DNA of 64,000 nt from positions 44,956-108,955 of the forward strand of contig JAZUNJ010000024.1 in assembly GCA_045604105.1 (NCBI GenBank). Direction: 5' to 3'. The notes beneath the pieces were generated by a model. The model made no database searches. It saw nothing but the letters and a program-made list of their open reading frames with translations, and was not told the DNA's origin. The position numbers and the translations under genes are program-made. Below are positions 9,652 to 18,980 of the stretch, in pieces. The first letter of the stretch is position 1, and every line of letters starts with the position of its first letter. This stretch comes from Acutalibacteraceae bacterium (GTDB taxonomy: Bacteria; Bacillota; Clostridia; Oscillospirales; Acutalibacteraceae).

Positions 9652-9682
9652 CAGCCGACAGGCATTGCTGTCGGCTGTTTTT
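9652..9682. terminator. Hairpin between the GPH transporter and GH2 genes (possible attenuating terminator)
   Basis: Stem cagccgacag/ctgtcggctg. The T-run is strong on the plus strand and only TTTCAT on the coding (minus) strand. Confidence 0.4.
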
Positions 9683-9693
9683 GCCTGTAAAAA

Positions 9694-11136
9694 TTATTCA
9701 GCGTCTGTTTTGCCTGCTGCACGTCTTGCTTCAAGCTCAGCGGACATTTCTGCAACCTTTTTCTTGTTAAGGTCATATATAAATGCAATTGAAATGAACA
9801 TAACTGCCGCGCTGAAGGTATAAAGAGCAGCAACAAGCCACTTCATGTTTTCGGCAACCTCAAAGGGCTGAGCAGCACCGAGGCTTCCGTCGTAACCGAG
9901 CATGCCCATAATTGCGATAACAGCTGAGGGGCCTACACCCTGAGCGAGCTTTCTGAAGAATGAGTGAAGCGAATATACTGTGCCTTCTTCTTTGGTGTGG
10001 TTTTTCCATTCGTTATAGTCAATAGCATCAGCCATGAGAGCCCATGAAACACATGTGTAGAAGCCAAGACCGAGGCCGAAGAATACCTGAGCTATAATAT
10101 AACCGATAAGACCGGTTGAACCGTTTCCGAGAGGGAGGAAGAGAAGAAGTGCGCCGAAGGTGCTTACTGCTGCACCTGCTGCACAAGCTTCCTTCTTGCC
10201 GTACTTGTTAACGATCTTCTTAAGGAAGGGCATGAACAGGAACATGGGAAGGTAGCTGATAAGCATAATGACACCTGATGCCTTTGCATTTCCGAAGTAT
10301 GACTGGAAGAGAACTGTTGTTGCTGTGGTTGAGCCCTGCATACCGATGAACATTGCCATAGCAGCAAGTGTTGCACCAACAGCAGCACGGTTTTTTATGA
10401 AGTTACCGAAAGCCTTGATGGGGCTGAATTTCTGCTTCTTTTCACTGATTGTAACTGAATTTTCCTCAACACGGATTTCAGTTGTTTTGAGCATGAAGAT
10501 GAATGAGATAAGACCGATAACGCCCATGATGATGGCTGCAACAAAAACAACTTCGCCCTTGAGCTCGTTGCTTGCGTCATAGCAGATCATGGGAAGAACA
10601 ACCATAGGAACAATGTTACCGAACATTGAGCCGATTGAACGCCATGTGGAAAGCTCTGAACGTTCTGCACCGTCAGTTGTGATAACAGACATCATTGAGC
10701 CGTAGGGAACGTTTGCAACTGTGTAGAATGCGTCCCAGAGAACATAACCGAGAACGAAAAGAATACATCTCATTGCAAGGGGAGCGCCGGGAAGAGGAAG
10801 GAAGAAGAAGAGACCTGAGAAGAGAAGGCCCACAGCACCGATGAAGATGTAGGTCTTGAACTTACCTCTTTTATACCTTCTCTTGTCTGCGTCGAACAAT
10901 GAGCCGAGAAGGGGGTCGTTGATAGCGTCCCAAATCTGAACAACAAGAAGTAATGTTGCATACATTTCTTCACCGAGAGCCATAAACTGTGTCCAGAAAA
11001 TAGCCATAATTGAGCTCTTGAGAGCGAAGCTCATGTTACAGCCTAAGTCACCTGCGGCGTAAGAAAGCTTGTCAATCATGCCAAACCTACGGTAGCCGTT
11101 GGCATCAAGCTTTTTTTCTTTAACTTTTTTTGCCAT
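9694..11136 (-). CDS. Glycoside-pentoside-hexuronide (GPH) family sugar:cation symporter
   Basis: The N-terminus is MelB/GPH-type (KLSYAAGDLGCNMSFALKSSIMAIFWTQ) with about 12 TM helices. It is co-oriented with and directly upstream of the GH2 gene. Confidence 0.85.
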   Translation of the reverse strand: MAKKVKEKKLDANGYRRFGMIDKLSYAAGDLGCNMSFALKSSIMAIFWTQFMALGEEMYATLLLVVQIWDAINDPLLGSLFDADKRRYKRGKFKTYIFIGAVGLLFSGLFFFLPLPGAPLAMRCILFVLGYVLWDAFYTVANVPYGSMMSVITTDGAERSELSTWRSIGSMFGNIVPMVVLPMICYDASNELKGEVVFVAAIIMGVIGLISFIFMLKTTEIRVEENSVTISEKKQKFSPIKAFGNFIKNRAAVGATLAAMAMFIGMQGSTTATTVLFQSYFGNAKASGVIMLISYLPMFLFMPFLKKIVNKYGKKEACAAGAAVSTFGALLLFLPLGNGSTGLIGYIIAQVFFGLGLGFYTCVSWALMADAIDYNEWKNHTKEEGTVYSLHSFFRKLAQGVGPSAVIAIMGMLGYDGSLGAAQPFEVAENMKWLVAALYTFSAAVMFISIAFIYDLNKKKVAEMSAELEARRAAGKTDAE

Positions 11137-11355
11137 AGAAAGATTCCTCCAAATGAAATTTTTTTCTCCGTTTTGATAAGCGGACCAATGCCCACGATCC
11201 TAACAATAGTATTCTACACTATTTCCCGATGTATCAGTGAGTATTGTTTTTGTTTTTTATGGTAAAATTTTTGTTTATATCTTGATTTTTTATGAAAATT
11301 GTACCATAATATAATGGAAATATTACAAAATTTTAACAGAAAGAAGAAGGAATCT

Positions 11356-12111
11356 ATGAATTTTAACGATTATTACCGTTCAAATCCTCTTTCAGAGCTT
11401 GAAATATACTCAGATAACCGCGGAATTGACTCCATTAAAGAGCTTGAAGCAAGATACAGCCTTGAAAATGAGATGATAAGGGCAGTATCCCAGGGAAATT
11501 ATAAGGCTCTTTCAAAAATGGTAACGGCTCAGCAGTTTTCAAAAAGCATTGAAAAAAGAGTGGACGACCCCATAAGAAACATGAAAAACTTTATGATAAT
11601 TATGAATACCCTCATGAGAAAGGGTGTCGAGGTGGGAAATGTCCATCCCTTTTATATTCATGAAATGAGCTCAGACTTTGCCATAAAAATTGAAGCCTGC
11701 AGAACAAACAACGACATTGAAAGGCTCTGGGACGAAATGGTTTATTCCTATTGCAGGCTTGTGAAGAACCACGCACAAAAGGGCTATTCTCCTCTTGTGC
11801 AGAATGTGATTATGCTCATCGACGCCGATATTACTGCAGACTTATCACTGAAAGCCATGTCAGAGCGCTTCAATGTTAATGCAAGCTATCTTTCCTCTGC
11901 CTTCAAAAAGGATACAAAAAAGACACTGACCCAGTATGTCACCACAAAAAGGGTTGAAAAGGCTATGCTTATGCTTCGGACAACCTCACTTCAGGTGCAG
12001 CAGATTTCCCATGAGTGCGGACTTCTTGACGTTAATTATTTTACCAAGATTTTTAAAAAGAATACAGGCTGCACTCCGAAAGAATACAGAGAAAACAACA
12101 GGCTGAAATAA
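11356..12111 (+). CDS. AraC-family transcriptional regulator
   Basis: The C-terminus carries a double HTH (LSLKAMSERFNVNASYLSSAFKK...QISHECGLLDVNYFTKIFKKNTGCTPKEYR). I chose the ATG at 11356 (aaggaatct upstream); the TTG at 11299 is less likely. Confidence 0.8.
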   Translation: MNFNDYYRSNPLSELEIYSDNRGIDSIKELEARYSLENEMIRAVSQGNYKALSKMVTAQQFSKSIEKRVDDPIRNMKNFMIIMNTLMRKGVEVGNVHPFYIHEMSSDFAIKIEACRTNNDIERLWDEMVYSYCRLVKNHAQKGYSPLVQNVIMLIDADITADLSLKAMSERFNVNASYLSSAFKKDTKKTLTQYVTTKRVEKAMLMLRTTSLQVQQISHECGLLDVNYFTKIFKKNTGCTPKEYRENNRLK

Positions 12112-12115
12112 AAAA

Positions 12116-12153
12116 AGCAGGTGTTTTTAAGTTTTTGCTCAAAAATACCTGTT
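12116..12153. terminator. Bidirectional terminator (AraC gene / GNAT gene)
   Basis: caggtgttttt ... aaaaatacctg with flanking A and T runs. Confidence 0.5.
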
Positions 12154-12161
12154 AATCTTTT

Positions 12162-12653
12162 TTATTCTGTTTTCTGATAAGCAAGTCTCGGGTCGCCGTC
12201 AAGAAGAAAAATTGTTCCGCAGAATTCAAAGCCGGTTTTTTCAAGAAGCTTCTGCATAACATAGTTATCCTCATGGGTGTCAATTCTCACATTGGGAAAC
12301 TGTGAGAATGCCCACTCAAGCATGAAGGTGCCTGCGCCCTTTTTTTCTCCCGAGGAAGCAATTCTGTGAACAACAGCGTATCTGCCGCCCTTCTTCCACT
12401 TGCCGATTATGGTTTTGTAGGTGGGGTCATCACCGATGAAAAAGCACATGACGCCGTGAATTTCACCGTCACAGATGCAAACATAGCCGTTACCCGTTGC
12501 AATGTCATCTTCAATCTGGCTGAGAGTCGGTTTTATATCCTTCCACTGGTTGGGATTGCCGTGCTCTGCCATAAATGCTCTGGCATGGGCATAAATTTCA
12601 AGAATCCTCTCAAGGTCTGCTTTTTCTGATTTTCTTATATAAAATTCACTCAT
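12162..12653 (-). CDS. GNAT-family N-acetyltransferase
   Basis: 163 aa with an acetyl-CoA binding-like segment (VHRIASSGEKKGAGTFMLEWAF) and a GNAT C-terminus (NYVMQKLLEKTGFEFCG). Confidence 0.75.
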   Translation of the reverse strand: MSEFYIRKSEKADLERILEIYAHARAFMAEHGNPNQWKDIKPTLSQIEDDIATGNGYVCICDGEIHGVMCFFIGDDPTYKTIIGKWKKGGRYAVVHRIASSGEKKGAGTFMLEWAFSQFPNVRIDTHEDNYVMQKLLEKTGFEFCGTIFLLDGDPRLAYQKTE

Positions 12654-12765
12654 AACATCACATACTCCGAAAATAATAAACTGATTTTATCATAACACAG
12701 GGCTATTTTCAATAGTTGACACAAACTGTTTTTATGTGTTAACATGGAAAAAAAGAGGTGATAGC

Positions 12766-13812
12766 TTGAAGGACATATCTGCAAAAAGAAATTATGCTTT
12801 TGATGTTATGCGTGTCATTGCGCTTTCGGCAGTAATTATGATTCATGTAAGCTCACGCCTTTTTGACGGCTTTGAGTTTTCTTCGTTTTTTGTGGGCAAC
12901 ATTTTTAATTCCGTCTCAAGGTTTGCCGTCCCCGTTTTTGCAATGGTGACAGGAGCACTTCTTCTGAACGAAGAAAAGAAGCTGAGCTTTAAAGCAGTGC
13001 TTTCAGGATATATATTAAAAACAGCGGCTCTTTTTCTTTTCTGGTCTTTTTTGTACGCCATGCTGTTTTTTGTTGCCGTGCCAATTAAAAACGGAGAAGC
13101 TGTTGCTGTATCCGATGTGCTTGTAAGAGCCTTCAAGGGTCACTATCACATGTGGTATCTGCAGATGCTTCTTGCCTTTTATTGTGTATTACCTCTTATA
13201 AGGCACTTCACAGAAAAGCAAAGCAAAAAAGCTGCACAGATACTGATATGCTCACTCGTTTTAATACAGAGCCTCCTTCCCTTGATTGACTTGCTTTTGT
13301 CCGAAAAGAAGCTGATGCCATTTTATGAAAAATCGGGGCTCAGAATTTTTTTCGGCTTTCATCTGTTTTTTCTTGCAGGCTGGTATTTCAACACCTTCCG
13401 CCTTTCACAAAAGCAGAGAAGTTTTTTATACACGGCAGGTGCTTTGTCGCTTGCTTTCACCGTAATCGTGTCAGCAGTGGTTGCTTTTGACCGTCAGACG
13501 GCTTACACAGAAATATATAACAGTCTCTATCTTAACAACGTGATTTTTTCCTTTGCTGTTTTCGAATTCTTCCGTCACAGATTCGGAAATGCAGATAAGG
13601 TGCCCGAATATATAACGGGGATATCGTCCCTGTCCTTCGGAATTTACATTGTGCATCCAATTGTACTTGAATTATTCTGTGAAAAAGGCTTCATGCCATC
13701 ATCACCGCTTCTGTATGTTATAACACTGTGGCTGATAACGGCTGTGCTTTCATATCTTATATGCTTTGTAATTTCCAAAATCCCTTTTATAAAAAAGATA
13801 ATCAGAACTTAA
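12766..13812 (+). CDS. Membrane acyltransferase (acyltransferase family 3)
   Basis: The N-terminus is Acyl_transf_3-like (NYAFDVMRVIALSAVIMIHVS) with about 10 TM helices. A TTG start at 12766 follows agaggtg; the GTG at 12736 is the alternative. Confidence 0.7.
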   Translation: MKDISAKRNYAFDVMRVIALSAVIMIHVSSRLFDGFEFSSFFVGNIFNSVSRFAVPVFAMVTGALLLNEEKKLSFKAVLSGYILKTAALFLFWSFLYAMLFFVAVPIKNGEAVAVSDVLVRAFKGHYHMWYLQMLLAFYCVLPLIRHFTEKQSKKAAQILICSLVLIQSLLPLIDLLLSEKKLMPFYEKSGLRIFFGFHLFFLAGWYFNTFRLSQKQRSFLYTAGALSLAFTVIVSAVVAFDRQTAYTEIYNSLYLNNVIFSFAVFEFFRHRFGNADKVPEYITGISSLSFGIYIVHPIVLELFCEKGFMPSSPLLYVITLWLITAVLSYLICFVISKIPFIKKIIRT

Positions 13813-13843
13813 AAAACTATCCGTTTTTTCCGGATAGTTTTTT
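13812..13843 (+). terminator. Intrinsic terminator of the acyltransferase gene
   Basis: aactatccg-ttttttc-cggatagtt followed by tttt. Confidence 0.7.
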
Positions 13844-13894
13844 AGTGTGATGAATATATATCATAAAAAGACAGTTTCAAAAAAGGGTGACAGC

Positions 13895-14509
13895 ATGAAG
13901 AAAACGGCAGTGGCCATTATCTGCATAAGCCTTGTTACAGCCATGCTTACGGGCTGCAGCAAGGATGAATTTATGGGAATAAGCAGATTCACGGATAACA
14001 TGAATTCAATTTCGGCTGACGGAGAAGGAATAAGCCTTTCGTCATATCTTATTTATAACGGCACATATTATCTTCCCTTTGATGAAGACAGGGAAAGTGT
14101 TGTCATGGCACTGAAAGAGGGCGAGAGCGGCCATATTGACGAAATCAGAGTAACTATTTCCAAAGCTGATGAAAATGGTAATGAAAAGCCCGTAACAGAA
14201 AAGGGAAAGGCTCTTTTTCTGGAAGCCTTTATTAAAGCTGTCAGAGCATATTCATATTTCACCCCGGAAGAAGCAGAAGAAATTATAAAGGATATGAAGA
14301 TGAATTATCTTTCTGCTTTCGAAAGTGAAGGTGAAGTGACGCTTAAAAAAGAAAACTATTACTTCGTTTATTATTCAGTCGATATTGCAAGCACACTCAT
14401 GATATTCAACACGCACCTTCACAGCATTGAAAAAACAGAAAAGCCTGAAAGCAAGCCATTTTTCGGTAACACGACTAATATAAGAACAGAAACAGTACCT
14501 CTCAGGTGA
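13895..14509 (+). CDS. Lipoprotein of unknown function
   Basis: Signal peptide with lipobox (MKKTAVAIICISLVTAMLTGC|SKDE). I recognise no family. Confidence 0.6.
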   Translation: MKKTAVAIICISLVTAMLTGCSKDEFMGISRFTDNMNSISADGEGISLSSYLIYNGTYYLPFDEDRESVVMALKEGESGHIDEIRVTISKADENGNEKPVTEKGKALFLEAFIKAVRAYSYFTPEEAEEIIKDMKMNYLSAFESEGEVTLKKENYYFVYYSVDIASTLMIFNTHLHSIEKTEKPESKPFFGNTTNIRTETVPLR

Positions 14510-14522
14510 GAGGTACTGTTTA
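14491..14522. terminator. Hairpin spanning the lipoprotein stop codon, between convergent genes
   Basis: aacagtacctctc-aggt-gagaggtactgtt. 13-bp stem. Confidence 0.55.
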
Positions 14523-14525
14523 AGC

Positions 14526-14738
14526 TTATTTTTTGTTTTTTCTTGTAACCTTGGTTTTGTTGCCCTTTTCGTCAACAATGTAAGTGTTTTCAAGCTGCCC
14601 CACAAGGCTTCTTTTGAAGGAGTCAATATACTCACGTCTTAAAAGCTGCTGCTCTGCTTTTTCTTCTTCTGTGAGACCTTCCGGCGTTTTCGACTTTCTT
14701 GAAAGAAAATTTATTCTGTCAATTTTTTCCTGTGTCAT
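14526..14738 (-). CDS. DUF896 (YnzC-like, UPF0291) small protein
   Basis: 70 aa. INFLSRKSKTPEGLTEEEKAEQQLLRREYIDSFKRSL matches the YnzC family pattern. Confidence 0.75.
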   Translation of the reverse strand: MTQEKIDRINFLSRKSKTPEGLTEEEKAEQQLLRREYIDSFKRSLVGQLENTYIVDEKGNKTKVTRKNKK

Positions 14739-15091
14739 TATTTTTCATCCTCCCATTTTTTCCATTCATCGGGGCAGTAGCCCACAGTTGCCTTTTTGCC
14801 GTTACGGACAATAGGTGTTTTAAAAAGCTCCTGATTTTCCAAAAGCTTTTCTTCTTTTGCATCCTCTGAGGCAAGATACTTTATAAATGATGAATCGTAT
14901 TTTTTGCTTTTCTCGTTCACAAGGTCATCAAGGGAGCACCTGAGAGCCGTTTTTATGGATTTGTATTCACCCTTGCTCATGCCGAATTTAACAAGGTCAA
15001 CAAACTGGAATTTTATGTTCCTTTCCTTGAAATAGCGTTGAGCCTTTTTTGTGTCAAAGCACTTTGTAGTGCCGTAAATCTGAATGTTCAT
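14738..15091 (-). CDS. ArsC-family (arsenate-reductase/YffB-like thioredoxin-fold) protein
   Basis: MNIQIYGTTKCFDTKKAQRYFKERNIKFQFVDL...LFKTPIVRNGKKATVGY. The ATG at 15091 is preceded by aaggagc. Its stop overlaps the DUF896 start (TAATG). Confidence 0.75.
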   Translation of the reverse strand: MNIQIYGTTKCFDTKKAQRYFKERNIKFQFVDLVKFGMSKGEYKSIKTALRCSLDDLVNEKSKKYDSSFIKYLASEDAKEEKLLENQELFKTPIVRNGKKATVGYCPDEWKKWEDEK

Positions 15092-15217
15092 TTTTAGCTC
15101 CTTAAATTTTTCTGTCACTATTTTAGAGTATAATCACAATTTTGTAAAGCCTTTTTTGTAATATTGAATTAATTTCAGCTGTGTGGTATAATGAAAACCA
15201 AATAAGAGGTGAATATT

Positions 15218-15841
15218 ATGGATGGAATTTGCTATATTATCGGAGCGGGAGATGTTTTTCCCACAGATCTGAGAGCGAAAAAAGAGGATTATATAATCTG
15301 CGCTGACGGCGGCTACATATATTCTGAGCTTCTTGGCAGAAAGGCAGACCTTGTTGTTGGGGATTTCGATTCCCTGGGCAGTATACCCGATTCTGACAAT
15401 AGAATTGTGGCTCCCTGCGAAAAGGATGAAACAGACATGACCCTTGCCGTTATGGAGGGCATGAAAAGGGGATACAGCAATTTTGTTCTGTTCGGTGCCC
15501 TTGGCGGCGAAAGGTTTGATCATACCGTTGCAAATATTCAGCTTCTTTCTTTTATATGCTCTAAGGGAGCACGTGGCACAATAATTCATTCAGACACTGT
15601 ACTCACTGCCTTTTCAAACGGTGAAATAACTCTTCCCGAAGCTCTTGAGGGATATGTTTCCGTTTTCTCTCTTTGGAACGAAAGCAGGGGAGTTACAATA
15701 GAGAATCTTAAATATAATGTAACCGATTATACTCTCAAAAGCAGTATGCCTTTAGGTGTCAGCAACGAATTCACAGGTAAAGAAAGCCGTATTTCCGTAA
15801 AAGACGGAGCTTTGCTTGTAATATATAACAGTAAGACATAA
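15218..15841 (+). CDS. thiN: Thiamine pyrophosphokinase
   Basis: ICADGGY...LVVGDFDSLGS...EKDETDMTLAV...GALGGERFDH are typical TPK motifs. The ATG at 15218 follows aagaggtg. Confidence 0.85.
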   Translation: MDGICYIIGAGDVFPTDLRAKKEDYIICADGGYIYSELLGRKADLVVGDFDSLGSIPDSDNRIVAPCEKDETDMTLAVMEGMKRGYSNFVLFGALGGERFDHTVANIQLLSFICSKGARGTIIHSDTVLTAFSNGEITLPEALEGYVSVFSLWNESRGVTIENLKYNVTDYTLKSSMPLGVSNEFTGKESRISVKDGALLVIYNSKT

Positions 15842-15860
15842 TTTAAAAGGACGAATAAAA

Positions 15861-16523
15861 GTGGAAAGAATCAAGAAACTGCTTTCATACATAACAAAAC
15901 TTAATAAAGAGGACAGAACAATTTTCTTTTTGCAGCTTTCAGCTTTGGGCAATATTATCATGGTAATTGTAAAGTTTACCGCATCCTTTATTCTGCCGTC
16001 ACTGTGGTTTTTTGTCAATGCATGGTTTGTGCTTATTATCACTGTTTCAAGAGCGGTCGCAATAAGGGACTACACAAGAAGCAAGGTGATAGAAAGCAAA
16101 GAAGAAAAACTGAAAACAGGCTTCCGCAATTACCGCAACAACGGAATTATTCTCATTTTTCTGGGTGTTGTTTATTTCTGTGTTAGCCTTTATATGCTGT
16201 TCAGAACATCAAGAATATCAATGCATGAATATATGACTTATCTTACAGCGCTTATTGCCTTCTGGTCAATCGGCTCGGCAATTTATGGGATTGTAAAATA
16301 TAAAAGAGATCACAGCCCCATAATCAAAGCGGTTAAAATCACCAACCTTGCCAATGCACTGACCTCCATTGTGCTCACACAGGTTGTGCTTCTGAACACA
16401 TTTTCCGGGGGAGCTGAAAATCTTAATATCGCTAACGGACTGGTCGGCATGGCTGTAAGCATTGTGATTTTTGCCTTAGGCGTTTATATGATAGTCGGAA
16501 TTGAAAAAATGAAAAGCAGATAG
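15861..16523 (+). CDS. Integral membrane protein, unknown function
   Basis: 220-aa ORF with about 5-6 hydrophobic helices. GTG start. I recognise no family. Confidence 0.45.
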   Translation: MERIKKLLSYITKLNKEDRTIFFLQLSALGNIIMVIVKFTASFILPSLWFFVNAWFVLIITVSRAVAIRDYTRSKVIESKEEKLKTGFRNYRNNGIILIFLGVVYFCVSLYMLFRTSRISMHEYMTYLTALIAFWSIGSAIYGIVKYKRDHSPIIKAVKITNLANALTSIVLTQVVLLNTFSGGAENLNIANGLVGMAVSIVIFALGVYMIVGIEKMKSR

Positions 16524-16547
16524 GATTTTTCCCATCTGCTTTTTTTA
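16513..16547. terminator. Bidirectional terminator (membrane protein gene / two-module paralog)
   Basis: aagcagatagg...cccatctgctt followed by ttttttt. Confidence 0.6.
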
Positions 16548-18719
16548 TTAAAGTAAGCCTGTGATTGTTGTAAGAACACTGCTGTCAATGCCGAGAACAT
16601 CGGAAAGTAGTGCTGTTATAATCTGAAGGTTTCCTTCCTGTCTTACAACCTGAACAAGGTAGGTGGCAAGACCCATGAAAACAACCTCTCTGTCGCCCTT
16701 AAGCTCCATTCTGTATCCGCCATAAACACCGCTTTCAACAGCTGTGGCAGTTGCCATTTTTGTGAAAACGCTGAAATCGTGCTGGGGAAGATTAAGACCG
16801 AGGCCTGAAACGATGTCATTAAGAAGACCGTTGATATCAGTAAGGTGAAGAGGACTTACTGCATTGCTGCCCATTGCTGCCGCAGCCTTGTTGTAGCCCG
16901 AAATAAGGTCGGGAAGAATTTCACAAAGGTAAGTGAGAGGAGCAGCCTTAACGGGCTCAAGGATTGTGAGAACCTTTGAGGTAATATCCTCCATTCTTTT
17001 TGCACCGTCAAGTCCCTGAGCTGAAACAAACTGCTCAAGTGTGGGCATGGGACCGGTATGAAGTGCTTCAAGCAAGGGAACAAGAGCCTCGTCATAGGAG
17101 TGAGGATCAACAAGAAGGCAAAGGGCAAGGGCATCACCGAAATGCTCTGCGCCTGCACCGCAGGCCTTGATGAACATATCCTTGTCACCTGCAGTAATTC
17201 CGAAGGGAATGGTTTCAACATCAGCCCATGTTTTGTTTTCGCTCTGAAGCGTTGCTATATAGCTGTAAGCTTCGGGGAAGCTCTTTTTAAGTGCGGCAAA
17301 GGAAATGTCTGCAAGCTCTTTTCCGCAAAGCTTTGCTGTAAGCTTTGAAACGGTGGTTGCAATGCCGTCAGTGAAAATAATTTCTTCAATGTTTGCACCT
17401 GCAAGTGCCTCAACAACAGTGGATTCAATGGAATCCATTACTGAAGTAACATTTTCTTCTGTTGCAGGCCACTTAAAAAGGTCTGAATAATCTTTGGGTT
17501 CTGCATTGTAGGCTTCAGTCTGTGCGTTGACGTCAACGCTTTCTCTCACTTCAAGCTTTGCAATGATGTCCATAAGTGCTGCAATCATGCTGTTAGCCTG
17601 GGGTGAAGTGAGCACTGAAGCAAAGGGACTTGTCTGAACTGCATCGGATTTCAGGTCCTTTGTGAGGATTTTTTCAACAACGGAATAGTTGTTTCCGTAA
17701 GTGAAAAGACCGGTGATGAAATCTGCAAGGTAAGCAAAAATAACCTCTCTGTCACCGTCAATCTGAACTCTCTTACCGCCTGTGGCAGCACTGTCAACAA
17801 CTGAAGCAGTGCCCATTTTTGAAAGCTGATCGTAATCAACCTGTGGGGCAGTCATGTGAAGAGCAGAAATAAGCTGCTGAATGATTGAATCAATGGTGGG
17901 CATGGTGAGCTTTGCATTCTGTGCAATTTTTTCGTTGCCGTTAATGAATTCACATGCCTTGTTATAGCTTATTATAAAATCGGGAAGAATACCGCAAAGA
18001 TATGTGAGTGGAGAGCTCTTTATGGGCTCAATGATGGCGAGTATTCTTTCAGCCATGAACTCAATTCTTTTTGAACGGCTTAAGCCTGTTTTGAGAACAA
18101 AGCCGAAAAGAGAAGGCATTTTTTCTGTGTGTGTTGATTCGAGTGCGGGAACAAGAGCATCGTAATATGATGAGGGAGCATCAAGAACAACCTGAAGAAG
18201 GCTGTCACCCATTGGAGCAGCACCTGCGCCGCAGGCCTTGATAAATGCATCCTTGTCACCTGCAGTAATTCCGAAGGGGATAGTGCCGATACCGTTCCAG
18301 GTAATGCCTGATGCCTTCTGAGCCTCAATATATTCGTAGGCTGCAGGGAATTCTTTTTTCAGCTCCTTGAATTTTATACTGTCAAGATTTTTTTGTGTAA
18401 GCTCTGCAGTGAATCTTGTAACAAGGGTTGCAACAGCATCGGAATAAAGCAGGGAGTCAATGTTAACCGTGGAAAGTATTCCCGCAAGCTTAGCGTCAAG
18501 GTCGTCAAGCTCGGCTGAAAGTGCATCTTCAGTAATGCCCGTTGTGAGAGAAGCATATGTAACCTTGCTTGCGTTGTAATCTGCCGCAACGGTTTCGCAG
18601 TCAATTTTTTCACCGGCAGTAACATTCAGAATGATGCCTATGCCTGAAGTGAAAAGAATTGCGATAACAAGAACTATGCTGACAGCAATGAGGAATTTTT
18701 TATTTTTGAGAATTTCCAT
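16548..18719 (-). CDS. Membrane-anchored two-module paralog of the giant repeat protein (723 aa)
   Basis: The ATG at 18719 follows agaaagaagg. An N-terminal TM anchor is present (FLIAVSIVLVIAILFTSGIGIILNV). Two ~357-aa copies each carry IPFGITAGDKD.FIKACGAGA...ALVP(A/L)LE(S/A)(T/L)HT..MP(S/T)L...LTYLC.ILPD(F/L)I. These resemble the GY..G..PLLEALGC / LPNLIYF core of 49293..59249. Confidence 0.7.
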   Translation of the reverse strand: MEILKNKKFLIAVSIVLVIAILFTSGIGIILNVTAGEKIDCETVAADYNASKVTYASLTTGITEDALSAELDDLDAKLAGILSTVNIDSLLYSDAVATLVTRFTAELTQKNLDSIKFKELKKEFPAAYEYIEAQKASGITWNGIGTIPFGITAGDKDAFIKACGAGAAPMGDSLLQVVLDAPSSYYDALVPALESTHTEKMPSLFGFVLKTGLSRSKRIEFMAERILAIIEPIKSSPLTYLCGILPDFIISYNKACEFINGNEKIAQNAKLTMPTIDSIIQQLISALHMTAPQVDYDQLSKMGTASVVDSAATGGKRVQIDGDREVIFAYLADFITGLFTYGNNYSVVEKILTKDLKSDAVQTSPFASVLTSPQANSMIAALMDIIAKLEVRESVDVNAQTEAYNAEPKDYSDLFKWPATEENVTSVMDSIESTVVEALAGANIEEIIFTDGIATTVSKLTAKLCGKELADISFAALKKSFPEAYSYIATLQSENKTWADVETIPFGITAGDKDMFIKACGAGAEHFGDALALCLLVDPHSYDEALVPLLEALHTGPMPTLEQFVSAQGLDGAKRMEDITSKVLTILEPVKAAPLTYLCEILPDLISGYNKAAAAMGSNAVSPLHLTDINGLLNDIVSGLGLNLPQHDFSVFTKMATATAVESGVYGGYRMELKGDREVVFMGLATYLVQVVRQEGNLQIITALLSDVLGIDSSVLTTITGLL
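16600..18650 (-). repeat. Internal duplication (2 x ~1071 bp) in the two-module paralog
   Basis: An identical 30-mer, atccttgtcacctgcagtaattccgaaggg, occurs at 17178-17207 and 18249-18278. The two copies are exactly 1071 bp (357 codons) apart. Flanking protein sequence is co-linear. Confidence 0.85.
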
Positions 18720-18980
18720 AAGAAAACCTTCTTTCTGTGAAACTTCTTGTATATGATGCAGATAATATAACATACAAATGTTAATTTTTTGTTTACAAAT
18801 GAAGTGAATTACTCTTTTGTTGCAACGTTTTTATGTAAAATGTTTAAAAATTAGCAAAACAAAGGGAAGTGATTAATGAAAAATACACACAGTTAACAAA
18901 TAGTTCATAATTATGAGACTTTTAAGTGATATTTGAGTGATATCATATATTTATTAAAAAATATTAAAAGGACTGATATT

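Noticed and set aside
15134-15589. 151-aa ORF antisense to the thiamine pyrophosphokinase gene
   Set aside because: The plus-strand product has clear TPK motifs. The antisense ORF has no recognisable features or RBS.
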